A stretch of DNA of 64,000 nucleotides from Eledone cirrhosa. Taxonomy: Eukaryota. The notes under the pieces were generated by a model, which did no database searches, was not told the origin of the DNA, and saw only the letters and a list, made by a program, of their open reading frames with translations. Shown here piece after piece: positions 50,398-64,000 of the stretch (position 1 is its first letter; the number at the start of each line of letters is the position of its first letter). The stretch covers positions 260,462,001 to 260,526,000 of the forward strand of contig OZ024743.1 in assembly GCA_964016885.1 (NCBI GenBank). Reading direction: 5' to 3'. The position numbers and the translations under genes were made by a program.

Positions 50398-51079
50398 GCT
50401 GCCAAGAAAGAAATTTTTCGGCAAAAATAGATATTTATTTTACCCCCTAAAAAGGGGGTAAATGCAAAAATGTTTCCCTAAAAAACAGGGGTTAGTGTTC
50501 CAAATGTGTTGCACTGAAAAATGTATCCGGTACTTACAATAGTAAGGGTAAATCCCGATGGAATAGCGGAGCCGATGTGAAGCGTGTCTTACTCTATCAA
50601 GATAGATAGATAGATAGATAGATAGATTCGACCACCCGTGATTCGTCGGGTCACGTTCACTTACGAATATTTTTTTAAAAATCATGTTCACTTAAAAATA
50701 ATTTCTAAATAATCAAAATATACACAGGCATGTATAAAATGTAAAATGAAATTGGAAGGCCCATATATATATATGGGTGAGGGGGTATACATATATATAT
50801 GTGTGTGTATATATATGTGTGTGAGTGTCTGTGACCCATATACACGGGTCACAGACACATACACACAAACCTCTCTATATATACACATACATATACACAC
50901 ACACACTTAGAAACCATTCCTATTAAGCAAGGAATATTCGCTACATATATCCTATCCTAACATAAGTTATATGATACATATGACTTAATATTTAGTTTCC
51001 AAATTCGAGCTAGATATAGTAATGCTGTATTCAATTCTTTGAAGTCACCTGTTATAATTTCATTCGACAACACCGCCAG

Positions 51080-51183
<104 letters not shown>

Positions 51184-51397
51184 CTCTCTTTCAATCTACT
51201 CTCTCACAACTACTATCTCTTTCTCTCTCTCTATTTATGAAGGTAGCCGGGAATACGTGCTACGATTTATGCGAAACTTGTTTTATTCCATTTGTATTTC
51301 CATTTCAGGTGCAACTTCCTTTCAAAGTATTTTTCCGTTATACGCAGTTTTGGCTGTATTAAATCACAGTCAAGCACACAATCGCAGAGTGTTAGTA

Positions 51398-51473
<76 letters not shown>

Positions 51474-51595
51474 GAAAAGAGTCAGGACCACCTGGGATCC
51501 TGACTCTTTTCCTATTACCCACTCTACTACTCTAAGTATCGAGTAGTCTGGTGCGTTATGGTCCACCTGGTTCCTTACCACACTTTCTTCTTCGT

Positions 51596-51638
<43 letters not shown>

Positions 51639-52299
51639 GTGTATGAGTGTGCGTGTGGGTGTGTCTGTCTGTTGTGTGTGTGTCTACTCAAAGAAGTTAC
51701 TGGCCCATGACAAGAGTTTAGCTGTCGGGCAGTAATTCATCATAATACATACACTCTACTTTCTTAAATATGGAGTACTAATTTGAACAATGATCTTACT
51801 AGTCAAATCTATATATATGTGCGCGTGTCTGTGTATGTATCTAAATACATAATAAAAAAGTTTTCCTGTACTCGATGGTCCCAAATAATAGGGGGGTTGG
51901 ATATTTGCTTAAATTCTTATAAGCGGGGAATTGGGAAATCGGTAACTGTATGTTCGTAAATATGGGATTTCTTGTAGTGTTCTTTTTTCGTCATATATAA
52001 TCTTTTTGTTTTTTTTATGTAAAATAAAATTATTATTAGATTCTCCAGCTGTTTTATCGATATGAATCACTTACAATAAAATTTCGCCGGATATAGTTGA
52101 GCAAAAGTTAATAAGCGGGGTGGTGGAGGCGACGATTATTCAAGATCTGAAAGTATATATTTGCATATATATTGCATGCACACACACATATGGATATATA
52201 TATATATAGAATTTTAAAAGCCATTTAACTGTTGAGTGCTCTATATCAGTTATAAACTTTTAAGTTTGTTGGAATCCCAACAAATTAAATATAACTTCT

Positions 52300-52349
<50 letters not shown>

Positions 52350-52355
<6 letters not shown>

Positions 52356-52495
52356 AAAAGCCATACAATGCATTAGAAAATTAAAGGTACGAAGATAACG
52401 ATAGAATCTTACCTTAGCAAATTTAATTATCTTGTCACCTTTAATTTTCTAATGCATTGAATGGTTTTTAAAATTATTTTAATTTATATTTCATA
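52350..52495. repeat. Small AT-rich fold-back element; inverted second copy at 55423-55585
   Basis: TTTTAAAAGCCATACAATGCATTAGAAAATTAAAGGT is complementary to ACCTTTAATTTTCTAATGCATTGAATGGTTTTTAAAA; same spacer in opposite orientation at 55480-55528. Confidence 0.8.
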
Positions 52496-52559
52496 TATAT
52501 ATATACCTATATACCTATATATATATATATATATATACCTATATATGAAATATAAATTA

Positions 52560-55075
<2,516 letters not shown>

Positions 55076-55112
55076 TATTTCATTGTTTTAACTTATATAT
55101 ATATATATATAT

Positions 55113-55336
55113 ATAACAAAGAAGGTGTCGTAAAATACCAGAGTACTCTGTTCAAAGAGTCAGGACCTCGACGGCTGAGCTCCAGCAGTTTCGACAGCTA
55201 GATCCGAGTTTGTATCCAGCTGTCGAAACTGCTGGTGCTCACTCTGGTGCTCACTCCTATTACCCACTCAACTACCCTAAGTATCGAGTACTCTGGTGCG
55301 TTATGATCGACCTGGTGTTTTACCACACCTTCTTTG

Positions 55337-55340
<4 letters not shown>
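55113..55340. repeat. Short TA-flanked element with inverted termini; relatives at 51471-51597 and 59749-59803
   Basis: AACAAAGAAGGTGTCGTAAAATACCAG versus CTGGTGTTTTACCACACCTTCTTTGTT; internal hairpin CCAGCAGTTTCGACAGCT / AGCTGTCGAAACTGCTGG. Confidence 0.7.
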
Positions 55341-55396
<56 letters not shown>

Positions 55397-55641
55397 ATAT
55401 ACCTATATATATATACCTATATATGAAATATGAATTTAAATAATTTTAAAAGCCATTCAATGCATTAGAAAATTAAAGGTGACAAGATAATTAAATTTGC
55501 TAAGGTAAGATTCTATCGTTATCTTCGTACCTTTAACTTTCTAATGCATTGTATGGCTTTTAAAATTATTTAGATTTATATTTCCTATTCAACAATGCTT
55601 TAGGCTAACTACAACATTCTGATATATATATGTATATATAT

Positions 55642-56579
55642 ACAGGTTAATATAAATTAATATATTTGATAAACACAAACACCAACATATTCATGTTTGT
55701 ATTGTAAATGACCAAGTTAGCTAGATTGAAATATACTAATAATAATATTACAGTTTGCCTATCTTGACTTAAGATAATAAATCAACAAAAACAAATTGTA
55801 TTGGCAATGGCCGTTGTGCTTGGACAAATTTAAATTTCAAAATCAAACCTGTTCCGTAGACAGATTTAAACCTTAAAATCCAAATATGTTTCGAATAATG
55901 AAAAAGTGGAAGAAATACCGAATTTTGATCTCCTCAGCAAGCACCATAAAAATTGGTATGTTCCACTTCAAAATATTTAGAAAGACTGTTTAGCGCACGA
56001 GGTAATTTCACGCGGTTATCCAGTGTCTAGCTAGTCACATACTCGTGCTGCTAGAAATAAGCTATTTCATTGTAAAAGACTGCCTGAGATTTGAACTCAT
56101 TATTATTGATTTATCACTGCTCCTTCGTTGAGCTGAATTTAGCCCCATACAAACGGCTGTTATTTCTAGCAGCACGAGTATGTGACTAGTTAGACACTGG
56201 ATAACCGCGTGAAATTACCTCGTGCGCTAAACAGTCTTTCTAAATATTTTGAAGTGGAACATACCAATTTTTATAGTGCTTGCTGAAGAGATCAAAATGC
56301 GGTATTTCTTCCACTTTTTCATTATTCGAAACATATTTGGATTTTAAGGTTTAAACCTGTCTACGGAACAGGTTTGATTTTGAAATTTAAATTTGTCCAA
56401 GCACAACGGCCATTGCCAATACAATTTGTTTTTGTTGATTTATTATCTTAAGTCAAGATAGGCAAACTGTAATATTATTATTAGTATATTTCAATCTAGC
56501 TAACTTGGTCATTTACAATACAAACATGAATATGTTGGTGTTTGTGTTTATCAAATATATTAATTTATATTAACCTGTA
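55642..56579. repeat. Long fold-back with ~420-bp near-perfect arms and a ~100-bp spacer
   Basis: 55642-56060 is complementary to 56160-56579; part of the spacer is duplicated at 56610-56668. Confidence 0.92.
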
Positions 56580-56666
56580 TTACACGGCTCAGAAATACTC
56601 TTTCTTTGAGCTATTTCATTGTAAAAGACTGCCTGAGATTTGACTCATTACTCATTATTATTGATT

Positions 56667-56725
<59 letters not shown>

Positions 56726-56726
56726 T

Positions 56727-56818
<92 letters not shown>

Positions 56819-57118
56819 GAGAGCGAGAGAGAGAGAATTCAAAGTTGGAAAGCTACGACAATGCAGGGTTTGGACTGAGAAGAATTATAACGCAAAAAGA
56901 ACCAAAAGTAGGGTTTGTTCTTTTTTACCTTGGACTGTCAACTTATGGACTAACTTGATCTTTTCACTTTGAACTCTGCTGTTGGTGATCGAATTTTGTA
57001 GAGAAAAATATTTCATGCTGATGCACAGTCCGCACCTGCTGGAGTTTAGCGTCACAAGAAGAACCAGAATATTTGTTGTAATAGGATAGGCTGAAAAGTT
57101 CATAGACTGACATATAAA

Positions 57119-57312
57119 CAGACCTGCCAACCTCTAAAATCCTCAACGGGGAGTACTATGAAAAATAGTGCCCAAAACGGGTAGAATGAGGCAAAATTGG
57201 GAGATTTTCCATAATTAATGTTATACCCATTTTCACAAAAGGAAACAATTCTCCCCCACCCCAAAGTGGGTGGGCGATCTTTCCGTCGGACGGGAAGTAG
57301 TTGACAGGCCTG
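57119..57312. mobile_element. MITE, hAT-like
   Basis: Terminal inverted repeats CAGACCTGCCAAC / GTTGACAGGCCTG; similar flanks ATATAAA / CTATAAA. Confidence 0.6.
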
Positions 57313-58715
57313 CTATAAAGGAGTTATGTTAGGGTTATGAAATCTTGCATGCATTAATTTCAACTCTTATTAATAACTGCATCGTTTCTTTCCCGGGACC
57401 ATGTTGAAAAATAAACTTCATTTGGTCATTCTATGAACCTTTGGTCAGCCTATGAACCTTTCAGCCGTACAACGTGCAACTGGGATATAATCGCGAGAAA
57501 TTCCTGGAAAATTTTACTTTGTAAAATAAATCAGAATGAATATAAAATATTCATTTCCACGATTGCGCATGTATTACTGTGTTGTGTATGTATTACTGTG
57601 TGTGCGAATGTATTTCTATGAATGCGTGTATATTTTACTGTGTATCTGTATGTATTACTGTGTATTTATATGTATTACTATGTATTTGTAAATATGAGTG
57701 TGTATGTGTATGTATAACTGTGTGCGTGTATGTATGATTATAAGCTCAGAAAGGCTGGGGACTATTTTGGAGTAAAATAACTAGGCAATTTATAAGTCTA
57801 CTAAATACAATCATTCAATCGTTTCGTAAGTTTGTTTTTTACCAACCACAGGAAATTTTGATAGGCAAACTATTCACTCGACTTTCAAGGTTACATGTCA
57901 GTGAAAGAGTAAACGAGTGAGAAAGAAAAGTAAGAGATGGAGAGAGGGGGAGAAAGAGAGAGAAGGAGAGGTGGAAAGAGAAAAGAAGAGAGACAGATAA
58001 GTAGAGAAAGAGGAGTTAGATTATGTAAATGAGAAGGTAAAAGAAAGAGGAAAAGAAAACAGTGGTGGGAATTTACCGGGAGAGCAGTGTGTAAATATTA
58101 TCAGAGAAAATTGTGTAGGAAATTTACTGAGATAGAGAGAGAGCAATATGTATATGTTAATATATTGAGATCAGTTGGAGTTGTATGAAACATGAAGATA
58201 GTCATTAGAACAACCAACACAGCATGACACTAAAACATTCTGCTGTTGTAAACATATAGAACTTTCTTAACGAAACAGGTACCTGCATATTGGTATTACC
58301 TGGACACTTGTTAAAATATTGATTTTGACAAGCACAATGTCATAAATTTAGAGGAGGGCGCGCTTAAACAATAAATTCGACCCCAGCAAGGAAAAGTAAA
58401 CTGAAGCCTGTTAGAACTCACAACTTAATGTAGCTAAATATGGCAAAACAATATGTCCCCCGCTAACCTCATGGATGGATTGGATAATATGGTCATGTTG
58501 AAGGAATACATGAGAGTATCAATAAAAGCGAGACTACTTAAATTTTCACAGTAACAGTGATTGATAGTATTTCTATTTTCTCCATGTCCTCAAAAATCTT
58601 CTTTCGGTGCAGATTTCGAAAATCAAATCTAATTTTCTCTCCGACGCATCGTTTCGGAGCCTTTCGGCGACATACATATATATATATATATATACATGCA
58701 TATATACACTCTAAA

Positions 58716-58768
<53 letters not shown>

Positions 58769-58815
58769 ATAAAATAACAGGGGGCTGGACTGGTGTAATT
58801 CCTTAAAGGTTTATT

Positions 58816-58873
58816 ATACTATGAACATTTCAATGACCGGGTTTAGTATGAATCCGGTGACATCATCAGGTAT
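58816..58873 (-). ncRNA. Type I hammerhead ribozyme candidate
   Basis: Minus strand: ATAC-CTGATGA-TGTCACCGGATTCATACTAAACCCGGTCATT-GAAA-TGTTC-ATA|GTAT; ~50 nt from a (TA)n junction. Confidence 0.65.
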
Positions 58874-59104
58874 TCGAAATTTAACAAAGGAATATAAACC
58901 ATGGGACTGAAAAGGCAGAGAGACAAGAAGGCGGCCAGACATTTAGCAGTTTCTAGTTCGGTCGGCCGCCTATATATATATATATGTATATGATGAACGG
59001 GCTAGACGTTTCTGTAAGAATCGTCTAGTTTCTTGAAACCTTTGGTAATGGAATAATTATATTGTGATGTTTATTATGTATGTGTATATATGTATATATA
59101 TATA

Positions 59105-59209
<105 letters not shown>

Positions 59210-59509
59210 GCGTGTGAGAGAGAAACGTGTGGGGGGGGGGGGGCAGATAGCTGACGGGCAAGCACACAGATAGATAAAGATGCATTGCGGAATGTGTAGA
59301 AATTCGTGTTTTATAAAAGGCTGTAGCAATACCGATGAAACAATAAATATCAATATTAACAATAACAATATTGATATATTCTTTTAGAAATATTTAATTA
59401 GCGCTGATATTTTGGATAAAATAACCCTTTACGAGGTTGTTCAGAGAACACAGTAGAGGGAGATATTATACTTCCTTTAGGTCGGAACACCATATTAATC
59501 GAAGTATAA

Positions 59510-59717
<208 letters not shown>

Positions 59718-59799
59718 ATATGAATATATATATGAATATATATAATATGAAGGAGTCGGGACCCTGACGGCTGAACTGCTTCAACAGCTAGTTCCGAAC

Positions 59800-60106
59800 C
59801 TCGGCAAGATTTGAACGTGAAAGACCGTAATTCTATGCCGCAAAGCATATTGTCCGACACCCAACTGATACTGCAAATCCACCGCCCTTGATAATAATAA
59901 TAATTGTTTCTGATTTGGCCAACAAATTTGAGAAGGGAAAGTCGATTAAATCGATCCCAAACCGTTACTGGTGCTTTATTTTATCGACCCGGTAAGGATG
60001 AAAAGCATAACTAACATCGGCGGGATTTGAACACAGAACGTAAAGGGCCGTAACTATATGTCGCAAAGCATGTTGTCCGACACTCTACAATACTACCAAT
60101 CCACTG
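59800..60106 (-). mobile_element. Two SINE copies (one partial), same family as 33951
   Basis: TTTATTTTATCGACCC core and GGGATTTGAAC (B-box complement). Confidence 0.8.
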
Positions 60107-60107
60107 T

Positions 60108-60138
<31 letters not shown>

Positions 60139-60139
60139 A

Positions 60140-61686
60140 CAGATCAGTGGAAGACCACGAAAGTGAATGAAGTCCTGAAGTACTTACAATGAGACCAGCA
60201 ATTTGCTGAGGGTGGCAAGTAGCGGAGAATATGGAAATGTCCACAAAGAAATTGAAAAAACAAACACCATACAAATACACACTGAACTGTAGTGGAAACG
60301 ATGAATGTAGCAAAGCATTAAAACACTTGTGAAAGTCCTTTCAATAGTAAACAGAAAAAAATCAAATGCGAACTTAGAAATTAGCGGAAGTATGATAGAC
60401 TGGAGAGAAATATGATATAGAAAGAAAAGGGATCTTAAGTATTTTAGAAGAATTGAAACAACGTGTGATTGCAAAGAAAGCAAAGGTATCCAGATATGAG
60501 CAGTGAATTAAACAATTCAAAGAAGAAAAAAAAAGCTCTTTAGGATGGAACAAATTAAGTTCTACCAGGAAAATAATGAAGGATTAGCAGGAGATGGGTT
60601 GGCACCAAATGACCAAGAATGTAAACAGCTTTAGAGTAATATCTGAAGTAAAGGTAAAAACACAACAAAAAAATGAATGGTTAAAAGGTCTGAAGAGTGG
60701 CACTGTATATCCGAAGCAACCAAAAATTATAATTACAGAGAGGGATATTCGAGATATAAGTAAACCATGGGTAACTGGAAGTCGCCTGTCCCAGACTTAG
60801 TGCAAGGCTATTGGATAAAAAGATGTAAGGAGTGTCATGCAAGGATTGATGAACACGTTAACGTTCTGATATGAAATAGGGAGGAAATACCAGAGTGGCT
60901 GACAAATGGCAGAAGAGTTCCATGCATGAAATATATCGCAAAAGGAAACACTACTGAGAACTACAGACCAATATCTTGCTTACCACTCATGTAAACGGGG
61001 ATAATCGTAGATAAAATGTAAAAGCACTTTATGAGAACAATGTTCTTCCAGAAGAACAGAAAGGTTGTAAACGAAAATGTAGAGGCACTAAAGATCAGTT
61101 GCTAATTGATAAGACAATACTAAGAGACTCCCAAAGAAGGAAGGTTAATCTGACAATATCATGGATTGACTACCATAAGACATATATATGATTTGATCCC
61201 ACACACATGGATTATAGAATGCTTAATTATATTTGGAATTACAAAAAATATAGATTTTCTGGGTTAAAGTATGGAAAAATGGAAGTCCGTTCTAACATAC
61301 GATGGGCAAAGTTTGAATATAATTGAAATCAGAAGAGGCATATTTCAGGGAGATAGTTCCTCTCCATTGTTATTTGTACTGTGCATAGAGCCTCTGACGA
61401 TAATTGTGAGAATAGTTAAAGCAGGGTATGAGCATAGGGGACAACAGCAAAGGGTCAATCATCTATTATTCATGGATGATCTGAAATTATATGGATTATA
61501 AGACGAATGCTGAATTATTTCATTTACGAACACAGTGCATGACTTTAGTTTGGACATACGAATGTAATTTGGCTTATAGAAATGTGGTGTACTCATTCTG
61601 AAGCAAGGCAATATCAAACACGTGGACGGAATAGCAATACCTTCAGGAGAGATCCTGAAGCAAATAGATGATTACAGCTACATATA
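60140..61686 (+). mobile_element. R4/Dong-like non-LTR retrotransposon RT fragment, decayed
   Basis: [61 protein letters not shown]; many stops; preceded by (GAA)n. Confidence 0.82.
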
Positions 61687-61919
61687 TCTGTTTTATACGA
61701 AAAAAGTGGCTCAGATTGCTATTAAAGAAATAGCAATCTGAGCCACTTTTTTCGTATAAAACAGAGAACTTTCTAACTCGAACGAGATGCGAGACAAACC
61801 ACAATAGAAATACATGCCCTATATCTTAATTTTTCTTTTTGAAAATCATAAGAAGTGTGAAACCAGTAAAATAAATAAATATTCTTAAAAGACTCCAGTT
61901 GCATTTTCAATTTCTTTAT

Positions 61920-62057
<138 letters not shown>

Positions 62058-62564
62058 TATATGGATATGTTGTACATGTGTGCTTATAAATGACTGTGAA
62101 TATTTCGATTATATATATTTTTTTAATGGCTCATTTCTGACTGACAGAAATTTCCATGTGGACATTGTTTTAGTCAGTTGTTTTTGATTAATAGTTAGTT
62201 ATGAATATTTATGATATAGTCTATTTCCTAGACGGAGAAAGGTTGTATAAGTGTATTGCTGACATAATAGATTTTTTTATTTTAAATATTTATTTTAAAA
62301 TAACTATTTATTGATACTTCGTTTTTGTATTTGTTTTACAACATTCTTAATGTGAAATCGTGTATTCAAACAGGTATTGATATACTTCATTACTAAAATA
62401 ATCGCTTAATGGATGAATTACTCAAATAATAATAAACGGAAAGGAAACTTACGTGGTGGGCGTTTATTTATTGGCAGTACGACTCTCCCATAATATAACA
62501 ATATTTATTGATATTTTTTTTAAAGTCACATATAATAGTACTGAGGTGATGGTGCGTGGGTTTG

Positions 62565-62880
62565 TGCTTAGGGTGCTCAGCTCATGATCATAACGTCATA
62601 AATTCGAATGCCGGCAGCGCGTTGTGTCCTTGAGCAAGATACTTTATTTCCCATTGCTCCGGTTTTCTTGACTGACCAAAAGGAGTTGCGCCTCTAATTC
62701 AAAGGGGCAGCTTTGTCATACACTGTGCCACACTGAATCTCCCTGGGAATTATTTTACGGTTTACACCTGTTTGTGGAATGCTCAGCCACTTGTATGTTA
62801 ATTTCACGAGCAAGCTTTTCTGCTGGTCGTATAAACTGGAACACGCAATGTTGTAACCGTTGTAACCGACGGAAGTCCAA
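62565..62880 (+). mobile_element. tRNA-derived SINE of a second family
   Basis: Head with TTCGAATGCC; GTTGTGTCCTTGAGCAAGATACTTTATTTC core; ends in CA repeat. Confidence 0.7.
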
Positions 62881-63011
62881 CACACACATACACACACAGT
62901 TTCAATGTCACTAGATCTAAGCAGTATCGGCCTCGGCCTTTCCCTTTGACATCACATATAGTGTGTATATAATGTATGTATTATGTATAGTGTATATATA
63001 TAGTATATGTG

Positions 63012-63096
<85 letters not shown>

Positions 63097-63349
63097 TAAA
63101 TGAGAAAAACTCTAATTCTGGGAGTATAAACAAGTTGGACGAAAATCATTTTCTATCTAACTTCGCGTATATATAGGTTTCCCTACCATGGTTTCGTGTT
63201 TTATTATTTCGTGTATTATTATTTTATTATCTTGAATTATTATTGGAACCACCAATAATTCAAGAATCCGCCATACTCTTCAAGTCTAAGAGAAATGGAA
63301 CAATATATAATATATACTGTTTCCAAAGCCGAGGGAGTGTGGTGAAATA

Positions 63350-63562
63350 ATGGTTTCTCATATAGGCACAAAGCCAGTGATTTGGGCAGGGAGTCGATTA
63401 AATCGACCCCAGTGCGTGACTGGCACTTTATTTTATCGATACCATAAGGATAAAAGGCAGAGTTAACCTCGGTGAGATTTGAATTCACATCATAAAGGGT
63501 CGTAACTCTATGCTGCAAAGCATGGCGATCACCCTCTACCGATACTGCCAACCCACCGCCCT
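63350..63562 (-). mobile_element. SINE, same family as 33951
   Basis: CTTTATTTTATCGAT core, GAGATTTGAAT, GCTGCAAAGCATGG. Confidence 0.8.
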
Positions 63563-63706
63563 CAGTATGGTGAAATAATAACACGAGTAGTGTTACGTTC
63601 TCAAATCTCTTAAGGATATTACGACTACTTGACATGCTTATAATGTCACTAGAAATAGCAGTCTAAAGACCGTCTGGTACAGCTCGACAGATTTCGTTTA
63701 ATATTA

Positions 63707-63841
63707 ATAACAGGTTAATTAGTCTCTAATACTGAAACATCTCTATGAAAGAAATCTCAGAAAAAGCAATATTATATAGTAAATGCTTGTCTGAGAGATT
63801 TCTTTCATTGAGATGTTTGGGTATTAGAGACTAAATAACCT
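63707..63841. repeat. Imperfect fold-back with ~55-bp arms next to (TA)n
   Basis: TTTAGTCTCTAATACTGAAACATCTC / GAGATGTTTGGGTATTAGAGACTAAA. Confidence 0.75.
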
Positions 63842-63864
63842 TTGATATATATATATATATATTA

Positions 63865-63990
63865 AATCGGTTGCAACGTTTTTCGAAATATTTACTTCTG
63901 CGTTCACAGATTGATTTTTTTAGTTTCAGAAGATCCCGTTAAGGGTGAAATCACCGATTCTTTGCTTAAACTTTAATCTGTTATTTTAAG
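63865..63990 (+). repeat. TA-anchored repeat end, also at 34905-35028 (-), containing a hammerhead-like fold with a variant core
   Basis: Reverse-complement match of ~125 bp between the two loci. Confidence 0.75.
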
Positions 63991-64000
63991 ATATATATAT

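Larger units (their letters stand above)
44908..50599 (-). mobile_element. Tx1/L1-group LINE A, full length and nearly intact
   Basis: 5' end abuts (GATA)n at 50600-50627; ORF1 and ORF2 present; 3' UTR ends GTGGCAAATAAATAGAAAT then TATC-like repeats. Confidence 0.95.

Noticed and set aside
51693-51745. Hairpin with TGATGA on the minus strand as a hammerhead
   Set aside because: No GAAA box or stems I and III at the required positions.

Overview
Repeat-saturated animal genomic DNA. The microsatellite density and tRNA-derived SINEs suggest a cephalopod (Octopus-like) genome; this is an inference. No host gene is confidently identifiable, and most track ORFs are (TA)n/(TG)n/(GGT)n artefacts. 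Contents: a 28-bp minisatellite (1-3.9 kb); a Penelope-like element (RT + GIY-YIG) with an inverted terminal copy (9.1-14.0 kb) and a second fragment (52.9-55.1 kb); a ~1.5-kb composite tandem repeat (15.9-26.8 kb); a CRE-like LINE; a Tigger/pogo fossil; an R4/Dong-like LINE fragment; and five Tx1/L1-group LINEs, four stacked head-to-tail between (GATA)n tracts (35.5-50.6 kb). The strongest hidden signal is non-coding. A near-identical 466-bp tandem array (19.2-23.2 kb) carries a type I hammerhead ribozyme and an ATGCAAAT octamer in each complete unit. A related ~420-bp family shows compensatory changes in its hammerhead stem. About ten further hammerhead-like motifs sit near the ends of (TA)n-anchored fold-back elements. 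Together these suggest a retrozyme-like, self-cleaving RNA system mobilised by Penelope-like RT. All structures were read by eye; no folding or database search was run.
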